Assembly (NCBI GenBank): GCA_963843145.1
Contig: CAWJJC010000012.1
Coordinates: 1 to 64,000 of the forward strand
Length of the DNA stretch: 64,000 nucleotides
Reading direction: 5' to 3'
Origin: an uncultured delta proteobacterium
GTDB taxonomy: Bacteria; Desulfobacterota; RBG-13-43-22
Shown here piece by piece: positions 19,818 through 27,887 of this stretch. Positions within the stretch are counted from its first letter, which is position 1. The number at the start of each line of letters is the position of its first letter. Under the pieces are notes generated by a model. The model was not told the origin of the DNA and did no database searches. It worked only from the letters and a program-made list of their open reading frames with translations. Made by a program: the position numbers and the translations under genes.

Positions 19818-19898
19818 CGGCCTGGCGAAGGCGGGAATTTCGATTCGATGCGATTAGGGCGAATGGAGGCTGGATTCCCGCCTGCGCGGGAATGACGG
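19818..19898. repeat. REP-like palindrome (CTGGATTCCCGCCTGCGCGGGAATGAC) with a degenerate partner copy
   Basis: ATTCCCGC/GCGGGAAT hairpin between convergent genes; GCGAAGGCGGGAAT half-copy upstream. Confidence 0.7.
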
Positions 19899-19952
19899 GC
19901 CGGATGCTTTTGAGCAAGGGGATACCCCTACCGTAAGACCAAAGCCCCTGAT

Positions 19953-20987
19953 TCAATGACCGGGTAGGACCAGCACCTTGGCCCCGCGGATCTTCCTTTC
20001 TTTCAGTTCCAGCAGGGCCGTATTGGCCTCTTCCAGTTTATATTCCTGGACCTCCGGACGGAGGGGGATCGCTGCCGCCAGGGACAGGAATTCTTCCACA
20101 TCCTTCCGGGTCACGTTGGCCACGCTTTTTATTTCTTTTTCCAGCCAGAGGTGTTGAGGATAATCCAGCTTCAAAAGTTCGTTTTTGTCCGCTTCTTCTT
20201 TTCGAATGGCATTGACCACCAGTCGGCCGCCGGGCGCCAGGTTCTTCAGGGCTTCGAGGATGGGCTTCCAGGCCGGCGTGGTGTCGATGGCGGCCTGCAG
20301 TTTCTCCGGACATTGCTCGTCGATCCCCCCGGCCCAAACCGCGCCCAGTTCACGGGCAAAGTTTTTTTCTTTATCCGTCCGGGCAAAGACAAAGACTTTG
20401 GTCTTGGGGTAGGCCTGGCGGACCATTTTCAGCACCAGGTGGGCCGAAGCCCCGAACCCTACCAGACCCAGGTTCTGCCCATCCCGGATGCCGGTCAGAC
20501 GGAGGGAGCGATAGCCGATGGCCCCGGCGCACAAAAGGGGCGCCGCCTCCACATCCGAAAAAGTCTCCGGAATCGGGTAGGCAAAGGTTTCCGGAACGGT
20601 CAGGTATTCCGCATAGCCGCCGTGGGCGTCCCGTCCGGTGGCTTTAAATTGATCGCATAAATTTTCATTTCCGCTGAGGCAAAAGGAACATTTTCCGCAG
20701 GCCGAATAGATCCAGGCCACCCCCACCCGATCATTGATAGTAAACCGAACGGCCCCGGCCCCGGATCCGGCTACCCGTCCCACTACCTGATGGCCTAAAA
20801 TAATCGGCAAACGCGGCGGGGGGGTCCGTCCTTCGATCTCATCCAGCTCGGTATGGCACACCCCGCAGGCGGACACCTTGATCAACAACTCTCCGGGCCC
20901 CGGCGATGGGTCAGGCCAATCCATCAAAACCAACGGCGACCGGTTTTTCCGGATATCACCCAGTTGTTTCAAGATCATGGCTTTCAT
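19953..20987 (-). CDS. Zinc-binding alcohol dehydrogenase family protein
   Basis: CGVCHTEL, GHQVVG, CGKCSFC...C and GLVGFGASA motifs. Its ATG overlaps the stop of the upstream gene (ATGA). Confidence 0.92.
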   Translation of the reverse strand: MKAMILKQLGDIRKNRSPLVLMDWPDPSPGPGELLIKVSACGVCHTELDEIEGRTPPPRLPIILGHQVVGRVAGSGAGAVRFTINDRVGVAWIYSACGKCSFCLSGNENLCDQFKATGRDAHGGYAEYLTVPETFAYPIPETFSDVEAAPLLCAGAIGYRSLRLTGIRDGQNLGLVGFGASAHLVLKMVRQAYPKTKVFVFARTDKEKNFARELGAVWAGGIDEQCPEKLQAAIDTTPAWKPILEALKNLAPGGRLVVNAIRKEEADKNELLKLDYPQHLWLEKEIKSVANVTRKDVEEFLSLAAAIPLRPEVQEYKLEEANTALLELKERKIRGAKVLVLPGH

Positions 20988-21541
20988 GGTGAGACCAGTT
21001 TCGAGCAAAGCTCGGCCACGGATTGCACTCTGGCGAACAGCCCGTTAAGGGCGCCAAGAAAGGCCATTTGGACGCTTTCCGCAGGTATGGTCACCCCGCC
21101 GAAGGATAAGTCTTTGGTAGCGCAGGCGTCCTGGGCGAGAAAGCATTCGAAGCCCAGATCGGCAGCGGCCCGGATGGTGGAATCGACGCACATATGGGTC
21201 ATCATCCCCCCGATGACCAGTTGCCCGACGTCGCCCCGCCGAAGATGGTTGAGCAACGGGGTCCCGCGAAAGCTGTTGGGAAAATTCTTTTGGATCACGA
21301 TTTCGTCTGCGCCGGGAGCCACGCTCGAATGGATTTCGACCCCTCCGGTGTGGGGCAGGAAAAAGGCAGCCCCCGGACGAGTGGAAACATGCTGAATGTG
21401 AATGACGGGAAGAGCTTTCCCCCGGAAGGCCCGAAGCAGCCTGCCGGCTTGGGCACCGGCCTCCGGGCTGCCGACCAACTCCATGGCCCCGCCGGGGAAA
21501 TAGTCGTTCTGGATATCGATGAGTAACAGGGCTTGATTCAT
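20984..21541 (-). CDS. Isochorismatase-family cysteine hydrolase
   Basis: LLLIDIQNDYF, K..PNSF..T.L and GMMTHMCVDST motifs. Confidence 0.92.
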   Translation of the reverse strand: MNQALLLIDIQNDYFPGGAMELVGSPEAGAQAGRLLRAFRGKALPVIHIQHVSTRPGAAFFLPHTGGVEIHSSVAPGADEIVIQKNFPNSFRGTPLLNHLRRGDVGQLVIGGMMTHMCVDSTIRAAADLGFECFLAQDACATKDLSFGGVTIPAESVQMAFLGALNGLFARVQSVAELCSKLVSP

Positions 21542-21580
21542 AGGGAACTCCTCGCTTTGAACGGCCGATATTCGGCGGCC

Positions 21581-23080
21581 TTAGGAGGCCAGCCCGGGAG
21601 GGGCGCGATCAAACCAGGGCCGGGCGCGCTCCAGTTGCCCGGCCAGGCGAAACAGCGTCGCTTCATCCCCGAAGTGTCCGACAAAATGCATCCCGATCGG
21701 GAGGCCGGCCGCATTCCAATACAACGGGACCGACATAGCCGGTTGGCCGGTTACATTGAAGAGCGGGGTGTAAGGGATAAATTCAAAGGTCTTGGCGGCC
21801 AGCGGTTTAAGGACCTTGGGAGACTTCAAGAGCCAGCCCGCGTTGAGCCTTCCGAGCAGGTTTAAGAGCAGACGCTCGCTGCCGGAGGGCTGCAGCGACC
21901 CCGTGAGCACCGGAGGCTGGGCCAGCGTGGGAGTGAGCAGCAAATCGTATCGTTCGCAGAAACGGCCGATTTCGCGGGCGGCCACCTGCAGTTGGCGTGA
22001 GGCCTGGGCATAATCCGAAGCGCTCAGTGCCCGACCCAGGAGACCCAGGGCATAGGTGGCGGCCTCAAAGTCCCCGAGAGACGGGCGATGTTTGGCCAGG
22101 CCCGCCGCCCATTCGATGTCGACGCGGCACTCGGCGGCCACGATGGTGAGAAAAGCGACGGCAAAAGCGTCTTCGTCAATCCGGGGGGCGTCCTCGATCA
22201 ATTCATGGCCGAGTCCCCGCAGCAGATTTACTGTGGACTGCAGGCCCTGGAGGCAGTCGGCATGAACCTTTTTCCCCAGGAAAGGGCGGGAAGTATAGGC
22301 GATGCGCAGCTTGCCGGGCTCCGCGGTCACTTCATCCAGGAAGGGACGGGCCGGCGGCGGGGCCGTATAGGGCGCACCGATGTCGGCGCCGGCAGTCACG
22401 TCCAGCATGGCGGCGCTGTCCCGGACCGTCCGAGTGAGGACGTGTTCCACCACAAATCCCCGCCAGATCTCGCCGGCGTCCGGCCCGGTGGGATTGCGGC
22501 CTCGAGTGGGCTTTAGCCCGAAGACTCCGCAACAGGAGGCCGGAATACGAATGGACCCACCCCCGTCCCCGCCACTGGCCAGCGGTACTATCCGGGCGGC
22601 CACGGCGGCGGCCGACCCGCCGCTCGAACCGCCCGGCGAGCGGCCGAGATCCCAGGGGTTAGACGTAACTCCCGTGGCTTCCGGTTCGGTGTAGGGTACC
22701 AGACCGAACTCCGGAGTATTCGTCTTGCCTAAAATGATGACACCCGCCGCCTTGAACCGCTCAACCAGTTCGCTGTCGTGCGTTGCCGGCATGTTTTTCA
22801 GCAGGCGGTTGCCGCAACCGGTAGGCACCCCGGCCACCGTGGCAATCAGGTCCTTCAACAGAAAGGGGACCCCGCGGAAGGGGCCGTCCGGCAGTCGGCC
22901 TTGGGCGGCGGTCCGGGCCTGATCATACAGGGTATAGACCACGGCGTTAAGCCGGGGATTATGCCTTTCAACGCGCTGGATCGCCGCTTCGACCAACTCG
23001 CCCGCGGTAACCTGTTTGCTGCGGACCAATTCGGCCAAACCCAACCCGTCGTACTGTTCATATTCCAGAAAACCGTTCAT
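21581..23080 (-). CDS. Amidase-signature family amidase
   Basis: [27 protein letters not shown] and [11 protein letters not shown] motifs; ATG at 23080 overlaps the upstream stop. Confidence 0.93.
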   Translation of the reverse strand: MNGFLEYEQYDGLGLAELVRSKQVTAGELVEAAIQRVERHNPRLNAVVYTLYDQARTAAQGRLPDGPFRGVPFLLKDLIATVAGVPTGCGNRLLKNMPATHDSELVERFKAAGVIILGKTNTPEFGLVPYTEPEATGVTSNPWDLGRSPGGSSGGSAAAVAARIVPLASGGDGGGSIRIPASCCGVFGLKPTRGRNPTGPDAGEIWRGFVVEHVLTRTVRDSAAMLDVTAGADIGAPYTAPPPARPFLDEVTAEPGKLRIAYTSRPFLGKKVHADCLQGLQSTVNLLRGLGHELIEDAPRIDEDAFAVAFLTIVAAECRVDIEWAAGLAKHRPSLGDFEAATYALGLLGRALSASDYAQASRQLQVAAREIGRFCERYDLLLTPTLAQPPVLTGSLQPSGSERLLLNLLGRLNAGWLLKSPKVLKPLAAKTFEFIPYTPLFNVTGQPAMSVPLYWNAAGLPIGMHFVGHFGDEATLFRLAGQLERARPWFDRAPPGLAS

Positions 23081-23304
23081 TTCGTTCTCCGGGTATTGGA
23101 ATCCTTTCGACTTCTCGTATAATCGTCGTAGGTGGTGCTGTTGGCATTGTCCAGACACTTCTGAAGCTCACTTTGGCTGAGATTCCGGTAACATTCCTGG
23201 CGTTGCTGCTCCTTGAATCCTTCATACCAGGCCCTAGAGGTACAGCCCTGAATACCCCAGCAGGCGCCTGCCGCCAGTAATAGCCAGGTTATTTCTTTAA
23301 TCAT
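23077..23304 (-). CDS. Small putative lipoprotein
   Basis: Signal peptide with lipobox-like IQGC, two further Cys, translationally coupled to the amidase. Confidence 0.65.
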   Translation of the reverse strand: MIKEITWLLLAAGACWGIQGCTSRAWYEGFKEQQRQECYRNLSQSELQKCLDNANSTTYDDYTRSRKDSNTRRTK

Positions 23305-23408
23305 CGGTCCTCATTTCCTTGAAGAAGTTTCAGTTAAATAAACTAATTTTCTGTTGAAAAATATGATACAAATTATACTATTGTCAAATAAATACTTGAA
23401 TAGGGACT

Positions 23409-24077
23409 ATGATGGGCCATTGGCAGCACCGGCCGGAACCGGCCTGGAAAGAATTTCATTTCAATCAGCCCTATGAAAAAGGTCTGAACCGACTCAAGGA
23501 AGAAGTATTGGAGAAGACCGACTTTGACCCGGCCGTTCTCTGGCAGTGGGGAACCATGCAGGCCATGGCGGTTATCCGGATACTGAAGGATATTGAAGCC
23601 CGTTGGGGGGCCGAGGGGCAGCAGGTGGTGGCCGAGTCCCTGAAGCAAACCGGTCTCGATATTGGGCGGCAGGTTCTGAAAGACGCCGTCCGACCCGAAT
23701 CTATGTCCGAAGCGGAGTTCATCAGTTTTTTCGCCACGGTCATCAACCGCATTGTTTACGCCTCGCTGGAGGCCCCAAAAATCGACTCTCCGGAACAGGT
23801 CAGCTTCGACATTCTCTGGTGCCCTCACCAGGATCACTACCGACCCTTCGACTGCCGGGTCCAGCGCTACCTGGTCCAGGGGATGCTCGACGCCCTGGAG
23901 GAAACCGGGCTGGTCCAGGGATTCCAGCTCCGGTTTGACTGTACCATCCCGGCCGGGGCCAAAACCTGTCATTTTACTATCTGGCGAGGGAGCGAAGAGG
24001 AGAAAAAGGCCTGGGCCGAGTATACCCGTCAATTGGAAGTCCAGGCCCTGCGGCGAGCTTCCGGGGATAAGGAGTAA
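23409..24077 (+). CDS. L-2-amino-thiazoline-4-carboxylate hydrolase-like / V4R-fold protein
   Basis: WCPH...DC...TIPAGAKTCHF Cys pattern and G.EG..V....G...G helices. Confidence 0.55.
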   Translation: MMGHWQHRPEPAWKEFHFNQPYEKGLNRLKEEVLEKTDFDPAVLWQWGTMQAMAVIRILKDIEARWGAEGQQVVAESLKQTGLDIGRQVLKDAVRPESMSEAEFISFFATVINRIVYASLEAPKIDSPEQVSFDILWCPHQDHYRPFDCRVQRYLVQGMLDALEETGLVQGFQLRFDCTIPAGAKTCHFTIWRGSEEEKKAWAEYTRQLEVQALRRASGDKE

Positions 24078-24135
24078 CTATCCGATCCCCTGGGGGCCGG
24101 CCCGGGGATAACCTGGAAGAGCATTAACGTCCCAA

Positions 24136-24348
24136 AAATTCGAAGCACGAAATCCGAAACTCGAAACAATACCAAATGATCCCACAGAATCGAAAAGACC
24201 AAAAACTCTATGATTTGAGAGCAATGAGAAATTGGAATTTCGAATTTGTTTCGGATCGATATTCGCGAATTTTCGAATATATCCCTCCGGTTTACACTCA
24301 GAGCCAAATATCTAAAATTCGAGGCACGAAATCCGAAATTCGAAACAA
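24136..24348. repeat. CGAAAT-rich direct/inverted heptamer repeat element
   Basis: AAAATTCGA[A/G]GCACGAAATCCGAAA[C/T]TCGAAACAA occurs at ~24134 and ~24314, with an inverted TTTCGAATTTGTTTCGGAT between them. Confidence 0.75.
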
Positions 24349-24354
24349 GGTACC

Positions 24355-25935
24355 ATGATGCCAAACGAATACCAAACAACTGAGGTGATTATCATCGGCG
24401 CGGGGCTGGCCGGGATGATCGCCGCCTGCGCTGCTGCAGCCGAAGGTGCCGGGGTGTTGCTCCTGGACCGCAGTTCCCTGGGGGCGGGTACCAACTCGGC
24501 CCTGTCCAACGGGGTCTTTGCCGGTCCCACCTCCGCTTATTCGGAGGAAGCCTACGTGGAGGACACCCTCCGGATCGGCCGGGGCTTGAACCGAAGATCC
24601 TGGGTGGAGCAGGTGGCCCGGGAGGCGCCCGGGGCCATCGAATCCCTGAAGGCCTTCGGCCTGGAGATCAAACTTTTTAAAGACCATTTTTCCGTCCAGC
24701 CTTCCCCTCCCGGCACCATCCCGGGGATGACCCTGGTGCGGAGGATTGCGGAAAAGGTCAAGACCTTGAATCGCGTCCGGATAATCAAAGGGTTACAGGT
24801 TACTGAAATTTTAACCGCTGATGGCCGGGCCGTGGGCGTCAGAGCACTGGACGACCAGGGACACGAAAAGGCTTTCTTTGCCCCGGCAACTATCTTGGCG
24901 GCCGGCGGTTTCGGCGCCGTCTATTTGCGCAACGATAATCAAAAAAGCACGCTGGGACAGGGGCTGGCCCTGGCCGCCCGGGCCGGCCTCGAGCTGTGGG
25001 ATATGGAGTTCGTCCAGTTTTATCCCCTGGTGCTGGCCCAACCCGGGCTCCCCTCCATGCTGCTTTACCCGCCGTACCCTCGGGAGGCCCGACTCGTCAA
25101 TCAGGCCGGCCAGGACCTGCTGGAAAAGTTTGGTATTCAGAGCCTCCACGAAGCCATCATGCAACTGCGGGATACCTTTTCAGTCAAATTGTTCGAAGAG
25201 CTGCAACAGTCCGGTACCGTTTTTCTGGATTACCGGGGGGTCTCGGCCGACTCCTGGAGCAGGTTTCCCCTGACCTTGCTCTCCCGGTTAAAGTATGACT
25301 TTCAAAACAATCCCTTCGCCGTCGCCCCGGCGGCCCATTTCTGCATGGGAGGACTGCGAACGGACGGGCGGGGCCGGACGGATTTAGCGGGCCTTTTTGC
25401 CTGCGGGGAAATGGTCTGGGGCTTGCACGGGGCCAATCGCCGGGGAGGCAATGCCCTGACCGAATGCCTGGTTTCGGGAAGGCTGGCGGGATCCCAGGCC
25501 GCTGTCGAGACCTTATCTTCCCCTCCACTCCGGAAGAGGATGCCTCCCATGGAGGACGGTTTCGTCTCTTCCCCGGTTTCGGCTTTCGAGGAAATACGGG
25601 CTTTCCATCAGACCCTCAAAGAAATCGCCTGGCGCCAGGCCGGCGTAGTTCGGAGCCGAAACGGTTTGACGGAAGGACTGGCCCGGCTCCGTAAATTGGA
25701 GGAGGGTTTAGCCGGGCTCAAACCCGGGGCCGTTCCGGAGCGAAAACGGCTGGAGGATCTGCGTAGCGCCGTGTTGGTGACCCGAGCCGTTCTGACGGCC
25801 GGTATAGCGCGGGAGGAGTCTCGGGGCAGCTTTATCCGGAAAGATTTTCCGGACGAAGATAATCTCCGCTGGCGGAAAAATTCCCGCCTGACCTACGTGC
25901 CGGGAAAGAATGATTTTAAGCTGGTATTTTCTTAA
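24355..25935 (+). CDS. FAD-dependent oxidoreductase, SdhA/FrdA/NadB flavoprotein family
   Basis: IIGAGLAG, ILAAGG, DMEFVQFYP, AHFCMGG, HGANRRGGNAL and REESRG motifs. Confidence 0.88.
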   Translation: MMPNEYQTTEVIIIGAGLAGMIAACAAAAEGAGVLLLDRSSLGAGTNSALSNGVFAGPTSAYSEEAYVEDTLRIGRGLNRRSWVEQVAREAPGAIESLKAFGLEIKLFKDHFSVQPSPPGTIPGMTLVRRIAEKVKTLNRVRIIKGLQVTEILTADGRAVGVRALDDQGHEKAFFAPATILAAGGFGAVYLRNDNQKSTLGQGLALAARAGLELWDMEFVQFYPLVLAQPGLPSMLLYPPYPREARLVNQAGQDLLEKFGIQSLHEAIMQLRDTFSVKLFEELQQSGTVFLDYRGVSADSWSRFPLTLLSRLKYDFQNNPFAVAPAAHFCMGGLRTDGRGRTDLAGLFACGEMVWGLHGANRRGGNALTECLVSGRLAGSQAAVETLSSPPLRKRMPPMEDGFVSSPVSAFEEIRAFHQTLKEIAWRQAGVVRSRNGLTEGLARLRKLEEGLAGLKPGAVPERKRLEDLRSAVLVTRAVLTAGIAREESRGSFIRKDFPDEDNLRWRKNSRLTYVPGKNDFKLVFS

Positions 25936-25985
25936 CGAGTTCGGTTGGGCGGTGAGCAGGACTGGATTATCTTAAAGCGAGTCTC

Positions 25986-27056
25986 TTACATATTGTGGCG
26001 TATGTGCACGACTTCTCCGTCTTTAACCACGTAATCCTTGCCTTCCAGCCGCAACTTGCCTTTGTTTTTGGCCTGATTCAGCCCGCCCAGTTCAATCAGT
26101 TCCTGAAAAGAGATCACCTCGGCCCGGATAAATCCCTTGGCCAAATCGGTATGGATGGCCCCGGCCGCCTCCACGGCCGTGGCGCCCTGGCGGATGGTCC
26201 AGGCCCGGACTTCATCCTCCCCCACCGTAAAAAAAGAGAGGAGTCCCAGCAGGTCATAAGAGAGGCGGATGGCCCGATTTCGAAAGAGTTCCTGGAGACC
26301 GTATTCTTCCATGAACAGGGTTTTGTCTTCGGACGACAATTCGCTGAGCTCGCTTTCCAAACGGCCCGGAAGATTGATCCGGGCGCTCTTTTGGTGGGGG
26401 TACTCCAGGTCCGGGGCTTGGCCGTCATCGCCGGTATTCAAAACGACCAGCACAGGTTTCAGGGACAAAAGTCCATAGCCGCGCAGAAGTTTGACCTCCT
26501 CGGGGGCCAAGGGCAGGTCGCGAAGAGGCCGCTCGTCCTCCAGACCACGCATTACCCGCGTCAGGAGTTCTTTTTCCCTGAGGCCTTGTTCCTTGTCCTG
26601 GGCCCCCTTCTTCAGTCCCTCGACCACCCTTTCCTGCCGCCGCTCCACAGCCCCTAAATCATGGAGCAGGAACTCCGTATCCAAAACGGACAAGTCCCGG
26701 GCCGGGTTCAGGGTCCCACCACTGAAGGGGACGGAGGGATTTTCAAAGGCCCGAACCACGTGAATAAAGGCGTCCATCTGGCCCAGAAGATTAATAAAGG
26801 GGCCGGGCAAGCCTTTTTGACTGATCCCCTCCTCCAGCCCGGCAATGTCGGCGTAGGTCACTTTGGCGTAGGTTTTTTTTAAGGGATTAAAAAGACGCAC
26901 TAAAGCGTCCAACCGTTCATCCGGTACCTCGGTTAAGGCCGAGTGTACTTCCAGACGTCCGGAGGCAAAGGTCGATATCGACTTCTGCCCTCCCGACAAG
27001 GCCCTGAACAGGGTCGTTTTCCCACTTTGGGGCAATCCAACGATTCCGATTTCCAT
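25986..27056 (-). CDS. ychF: YchF-family (Obg-like) ATPase
   Basis: GIVGLPQSGKTTLF, DIAGL, FFTVGEDEVRAW and LRLEGKDYVVKDG motifs. Confidence 0.9.
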   Translation of the reverse strand: MEIGIVGLPQSGKTTLFRALSGGQKSISTFASGRLEVHSALTEVPDERLDALVRLFNPLKKTYAKVTYADIAGLEEGISQKGLPGPFINLLGQMDAFIHVVRAFENPSVPFSGGTLNPARDLSVLDTEFLLHDLGAVERRQERVVEGLKKGAQDKEQGLREKELLTRVMRGLEDERPLRDLPLAPEEVKLLRGYGLLSLKPVLVVLNTGDDGQAPDLEYPHQKSARINLPGRLESELSELSSEDKTLFMEEYGLQELFRNRAIRLSYDLLGLLSFFTVGEDEVRAWTIRQGATAVEAAGAIHTDLAKGFIRAEVISFQELIELGGLNQAKNKGKLRLEGKDYVVKDGEVVHIRHNM

Positions 27057-27064
27057 GAGTTAAC

Positions 27065-27493
27065 TTATTCCCAACTCGCCACATCCTTGTCTTCTCCCTC
27101 CCCACCCGGCTTGTCGTCCCGGCCGTAGGAGAAGAGATCATATTCACCGTGGGTGCCCGGGTTCTGGTAGTGGTAGGCTTTCCCCCAGGGATCCAGGGGT
27201 ACATTTTTTTTCAGGTAAGGGCCTTCCCATTTTTCAACCCCGGGATTGGTAGACAGGGCGTTCAACCCCTCCTGAGTAGTGGGATAGGAGCCCACATCCA
27301 GGCGGTACTGGTCGAGGGCCTGGCCCAAAAGCTCGATTTGAGCTTTGGCGGCCGCCAGTTTCCCCTTGCCCAGCTTAGGAAAAAGCCGCGGAGCCACCAA
27401 GGCCGCCAATAGGCCGATGATCACCATCACCACCAGCAACTCCACAAGAGTAAAACCTTTCTGGTTTCTTTTCCGCGTCATTTTTGGGATCAC
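27065..27493 (-). CDS. gspG: Type II secretion major pseudopilin GspG
   Basis: KG|FTLVELLVV, LDQYRLDVG.YPT, W.GPYL and DPWG motifs. Confidence 0.96.
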   Translation of the reverse strand: MIPKMTRKRNQKGFTLVELLVVMVIIGLLAALVAPRLFPKLGKGKLAAAKAQIELLGQALDQYRLDVGSYPTTQEGLNALSTNPGVEKWEGPYLKKNVPLDPWGKAYHYQNPGTHGEYDLFSYGRDDKPGGEGEDKDVASWE

Positions 27494-27581
27494 AGTTTCT
27501 CCTATTCGCTTAATAAATTTAACTTAAACTATAGCAAGAACCCGAATAAATTCAAATAAAAATCCTAACCCTACTCCTTTT

Positions 27582-27707
27582 CGAAAAGCCGATAGAACCC
27601 TGGCCCACTAGGCCATCAGACAGTAAAATACTGTAAATTAAGCTAGTTCCATTCAAAGGCTTTCGCCGGGGTGGCGAGTTGTTGAACCTTTTAGGTCAAC
27701 CGCCACC
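27582..27707. other. Two long adjacent hairpins in the gspG/gspD divergent intergenic region (candidate structured RNA)
   Basis: Nested pairs CGAAAAGCC/GGCTTTCG, ACTAG/CTAGT and ACAGTA/TACTGT, then GGTGGCG..GTTGAACCT/AGGTCAAC..CGCCACC. Confidence 0.35.
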
Positions 27708-27887
27708 GCAATAGTCGTTTACTTTTTTCATTGTCAATCCTTCTTTTTTTCTTTATAGTTACGGTCTATTAGGTTTGAAAAGCAGTTTTTCGGCTTGCGT
27801 TGAACCGGTGATAGGACTTTCGGGCCCTTCAAAAAAACCATCGACAACGGAAAATCAGAAAAAAGGCAGCACCAGAGGGAGTCGTTT

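Noticed and set aside
24029-24379. ORFs with FRVSDF/ISKIR-like periodic peptides; possible CRISPR array
   Set aside because: These are translations of the CGAAAT repeat. There are only two direct copies, no regular spacers and no cas genes.
27670-27707. 6S RNA-like TTGAACC...GGTCAA hairpin
   Set aside because: No end-to-end rod pairing and no usual zapA/ygfA context; kept only as an unassigned structured-RNA candidate.
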